Shown here: positions 34,118 to 36,794 of the stretch, in pieces
Layout: the number at the start of each line of letters is the position of its first letter
Numbering within the stretch: position 1 is the first letter of the stretch
Assembly (NCBI RefSeq): GCF_000315625.1
Contig: NW_005434402.1
Span: forward strand, 1 to 36,794
DNA from: Guillardia theta CCMP2712
Lineage: Eukaryota; Protista; Cryptophyta
DNA: 36,794 nt
Direction of reading: 5' to 3'
Notes under the pieces: generated by a model
Told to the model about the DNA's origin: nothing
Database searches by the model: none
Seen by the model: the letters and a program-made list of their open reading frames with translations, nothing else
Program-made: the position numbers and the translations under genes

Positions 34118-36549
34118 GCAGCATCTCCATCTTCACCATCTCGATGTACATCTGCATCATCATCTTCATAATCATCACCACCATCACCATCACCATCACA
34201 ATCCCCTCAACCCAATCCCTCCTCCCAGCATCCCGACTCCTTCTCATCTTCCTGCTGCTACTGGACCACCAACACTACTATCGTCTACTCCTCAATCTCA
34301 CATTCATCGTGTCGTTGCCTTCACTCGGGGTCTGCATCCGACATCAAAAAGTTTCAGCCGCCAAGCTCAAGCTCACCTTAGCCACGAGATTCAACGAGCT
34401 CCACTTGTGGCACTGACGTGATCAAGTCAACATGGGGACAAGGAAGGTCTTCTGGTCTCTCCCGTCGATCCTCGCGGCTCACCTTGTTTAAAAGAACTTT
34501 CTTGAAACGCGCGGCTGTCGGGTGAAGTCGATCGATAAGCGTGAGGGCCGTGGCTTCCTCCTTGTTCTTCATCCATGGGCTCGCTCCTCGTTCAGCCGCT
34601 TCCGCCATGGCTCGCCATTCCTTGAGCCTACCATGACATGAGCTGCCAAAAAACTCGCCGTCATCTTCATTCACAGGGCGCAGTGATGAAGAAGCGAGTT
34701 GCCGTCCTGGTCGAGGGCGTTGAGAACCACCAGGCCCCTCATCGTCGACGGAACTTCCTGCAACGTGAGACAAGCACAATCACTGAGAATGTCTGCTTCC
34801 CCTCTGCTTCCCCTCTGCTTCCCCTCTGCTTCCCCTCTGCTTCCCCTCTGCTTCCCCTCTGCTTCCCCTCTGCTTCCCCTCTGCTTCCCCTCTGCTTCCC
34901 CTCTGCTTNNNNNNNNNNNNNNNNNNNNNNNNNNNNNNNNNNNNNNNNNNNNNNNNNNNNNNNNNNNNNNNNNNNNNNNNNNNNNNNNNNNNNNNNNNNN
35001 NNNNNNNNCTCTCCTCGTCTCCCTTCCTCGCTTCCCCTCTGCTTCTCCTCTGCTTCCCCTCTGCTTCTCCTCTGCTTCCTCCCTCTCATCTTCCACCTCT
35101 TCTCCTTCTTGGCCCTTCCACTCCTCATGCTGTTCCACGTATCCATCAGCCCCTCCTCTCTTACTTGGGGCATCTTGTCTGCGAGAAGCTGGTCGACTTC
35201 TTTCTCGAACTGTCCAGAGCTGCGGGAGATCAAGAAGAAAACACGAAGAGAGTCAGAGACAGAGAAGAAAACACGAAGAGAGTCAGAGACAGAGACAGAG
35301 ACAGAGATAGAGACAGAAACAGAGTCAGAGTCAGAGTCAGAGACAGAAGGGAGATAAGGTGAGGTAGAGAGCAGGGAGGAGGGGGGGGGGGGGGGGCCAG
35401 CAACCGAAGGCTTGAGAGAAGGCTATCGCGCATCTTGGAGACTTGAAGCTCCTTGAGAGAATGGCTGACGTCTGGTCAGCCTCGCAGCTTTATCAAGACA
35501 GTCTTGACCTCCTTATGACTTGCTGCCTCTGCTCCATGAGAAGCTGAGGGGAGAAAGTCAAGCCTGTAGGAGCTGAGAAAGCAAAGCACAGGATGCAGGT
35601 CCGTCTCCTTCTTCCTGCTCTCTTGTGTCTTCTGCTCGCGCATCGTCTCCTCCCTCTCGGTCTGCTGAAACTTGAGGGGCTGACAGCATCATCGAGACGG
35701 CACAAACCGCTGGGGGAGCAGCTGGGGGAGGGCGAGGGGTGGAGCTTTGGAGCTCCTGGGAGGGCTCGACCTGAATCAGGCATGAGGCAAGCAGCACTAA
35801 CTTTACAGCTCCACCTCCCTCGCTGCCTCCACCGCAACCGTCTTAGCGACAGTCTTGGCCCTCTTTCCATCCAGAACTTCAAAGTGTGAGGAGAGCACAA
35901 GAGGTCAAGTTCTTCACTTGTAGGCAACTTGTTCCACAGGCAAGGCAAGGCCTTCTTGAACGTGATCGTCACATTCTGAGGCTTTACGTCGACCGCGTGG
36001 CTGATGACTCTGAGCCATCAACGTCAACTGACAGCAAGCAACAAGCAATGTTCTTCTTCTTCTCGCCTCTCTTGAAACTCTATCGCCGTCACATCGCGTC
36101 CGAACCGAACTTCAGCTAATGATCCTTGTATCGTAACAACTGGTGGTTTTGCGTTCTGTTTGCAGCAAAGGTCATCTTGTCAGAGCTCCCTTCGTCGCCT
36201 AAACATGCTTGCTCATGACCTCTACTTGCTCAGCCGTCAAGTCTCACAAGCCAGTCTCTTCGTGTGTTCACCATCCCTCTCACCCACACTCAATGTTGTT
36301 TCTCGTACTCCCCTCTTATCCCGTCCAGTACTCTTCATTCCCTTCCCTCCCTCCTCTACTCGCCCCCCTCCCTCTCTAACTCTCCCTCCCTACTCTCCCC
36401 ACTCCACCATCCCTACTCTCCCTTCATTCCTCCCTCCCTCTCTCATGCTCCCTTCCTCCATCCCTCCCGCATGCTCTCTGCCTCACCTTCATCTTCACCA
36501 GCACTCGAACTTCGCTCTCCGTCTCCTTCATCTGCCATGGCGCCGCCAT
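30451..36549 (-). CDS. Probable multidomain protein: N-terminal CS (p23-like) domain, ankyrin-like repeat, coiled coil, C-terminal RNI-type leucine-rich repeats; spans two gaps and may be more than one gene
   Basis: CS-like: MAAPWQMKETESEVRVLVKMK..VTIQGSL..NVTITFKKALPCLWNKL. ANK-like: [31 protein letters not shown]. Coiled coil: AQQLIAEEEDERISKKAAGKKKKKKSK and IEEIERNIKQLEALK. LRRs: EVDLSSSSL, LDISNNEFTTRGLRAIA, LESLSVGGNDLSDAG, LRHLDMSNIGLDA, LSSLVLDDNDCA, LTYLSIR/GNRM. Confidence 0.6.
31943..32471. other. Assembly gap (N run)
   Basis: Run of N, flanked on the right by (CCCCT)n. Confidence 0.99.
34793..35080 (+). repeat. 11-bp minisatellite (CTGCTTCCCCT)n in an intron, interrupted by gap 34909-35008
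   Basis: About 10 perfect units before the N run and degenerate units after it. Confidence 0.9.
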
Positions 36550-36630
36550 GACGATGATTTCCTCGAGTACCCCACCATGACCCCAGAACTACCCCACCCT
36601 GTGTGAGTTGAGACTCCTGCCATCACCGCA

Positions 36631-36707
36631 ATGAAGAGACTGGAGCGCGAACTTTACAGGAAGCTGATGAGAGAGGGAGAGAAGGTGAGGAGAAGAGGAA
36701 CGATGGT

Positions 36708-36760
<53 letters not shown>

Positions 36761-36794
36761 GAGGAGCGAGGAGCAGGAGCGAGGAGCGAGGAGC
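36631..36794 (+). CDS. First exon (36631-36684) of a LYR-motif-like protein; gene continues beyond the window
   Basis: ATG..MKRLERELYRKLMREGEK followed by a GTGAGG donor and a (GCAGGA)n intron. LYRxLxR resembles the Complex1_LYR motif. Confidence 0.5.

Noticed and set aside
33843-34421. His/Gln-rich 192-aa ORF resembling a metal-binding protein
   Set aside because: (CAT/CAC/CAA/CAG)n intron of the - strand gene; several frames are open only because of the repeat.

Overview
Eukaryotic, intron-rich nuclear DNA. The short 45-60 nt introns, the introns expanded with (GGA)n/(CAT)n/(GCAGGA)n microsatellites and the gene content resemble a cryptophyte alga such as Guillardia theta; this is an inference, not a database match. 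Manual splicing gives, left to right: a TMEM260/DUF2723 O-mannosyltransferase-like gene (-, runs off the left edge), a Rac-family GTPase (-), several hypothetical genes, and a ~137-bp hairpin. The highlight follows: an 8-TM microbial rhodopsin with an intact Schiff-base lysine, fused to a hybrid histidine kinase (rhodopsin-HisKA-HATPase-pseudo-REC-REC, +). Next come a divergent indoleamine 2,3-dioxygenase (-, tail-to-tail with the rhodopsin gene), QCR6 (+), an NT-C2 protein (-) and RAE1 (+). The right end holds a probable CS-ankyrin-coiled-coil-LRR gene (-) and the first exon of a LYR-motif-like gene (+). Intergenic regions carry a strand-polarised GGGGTA(C/G) motif upstream of genes, and GC-rich palindrome-dense islands with TGAGTCA sites. 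There are three assembly gaps. Exon boundaries and family assignments were read by eye and need RNA-seq and HMM confirmation.
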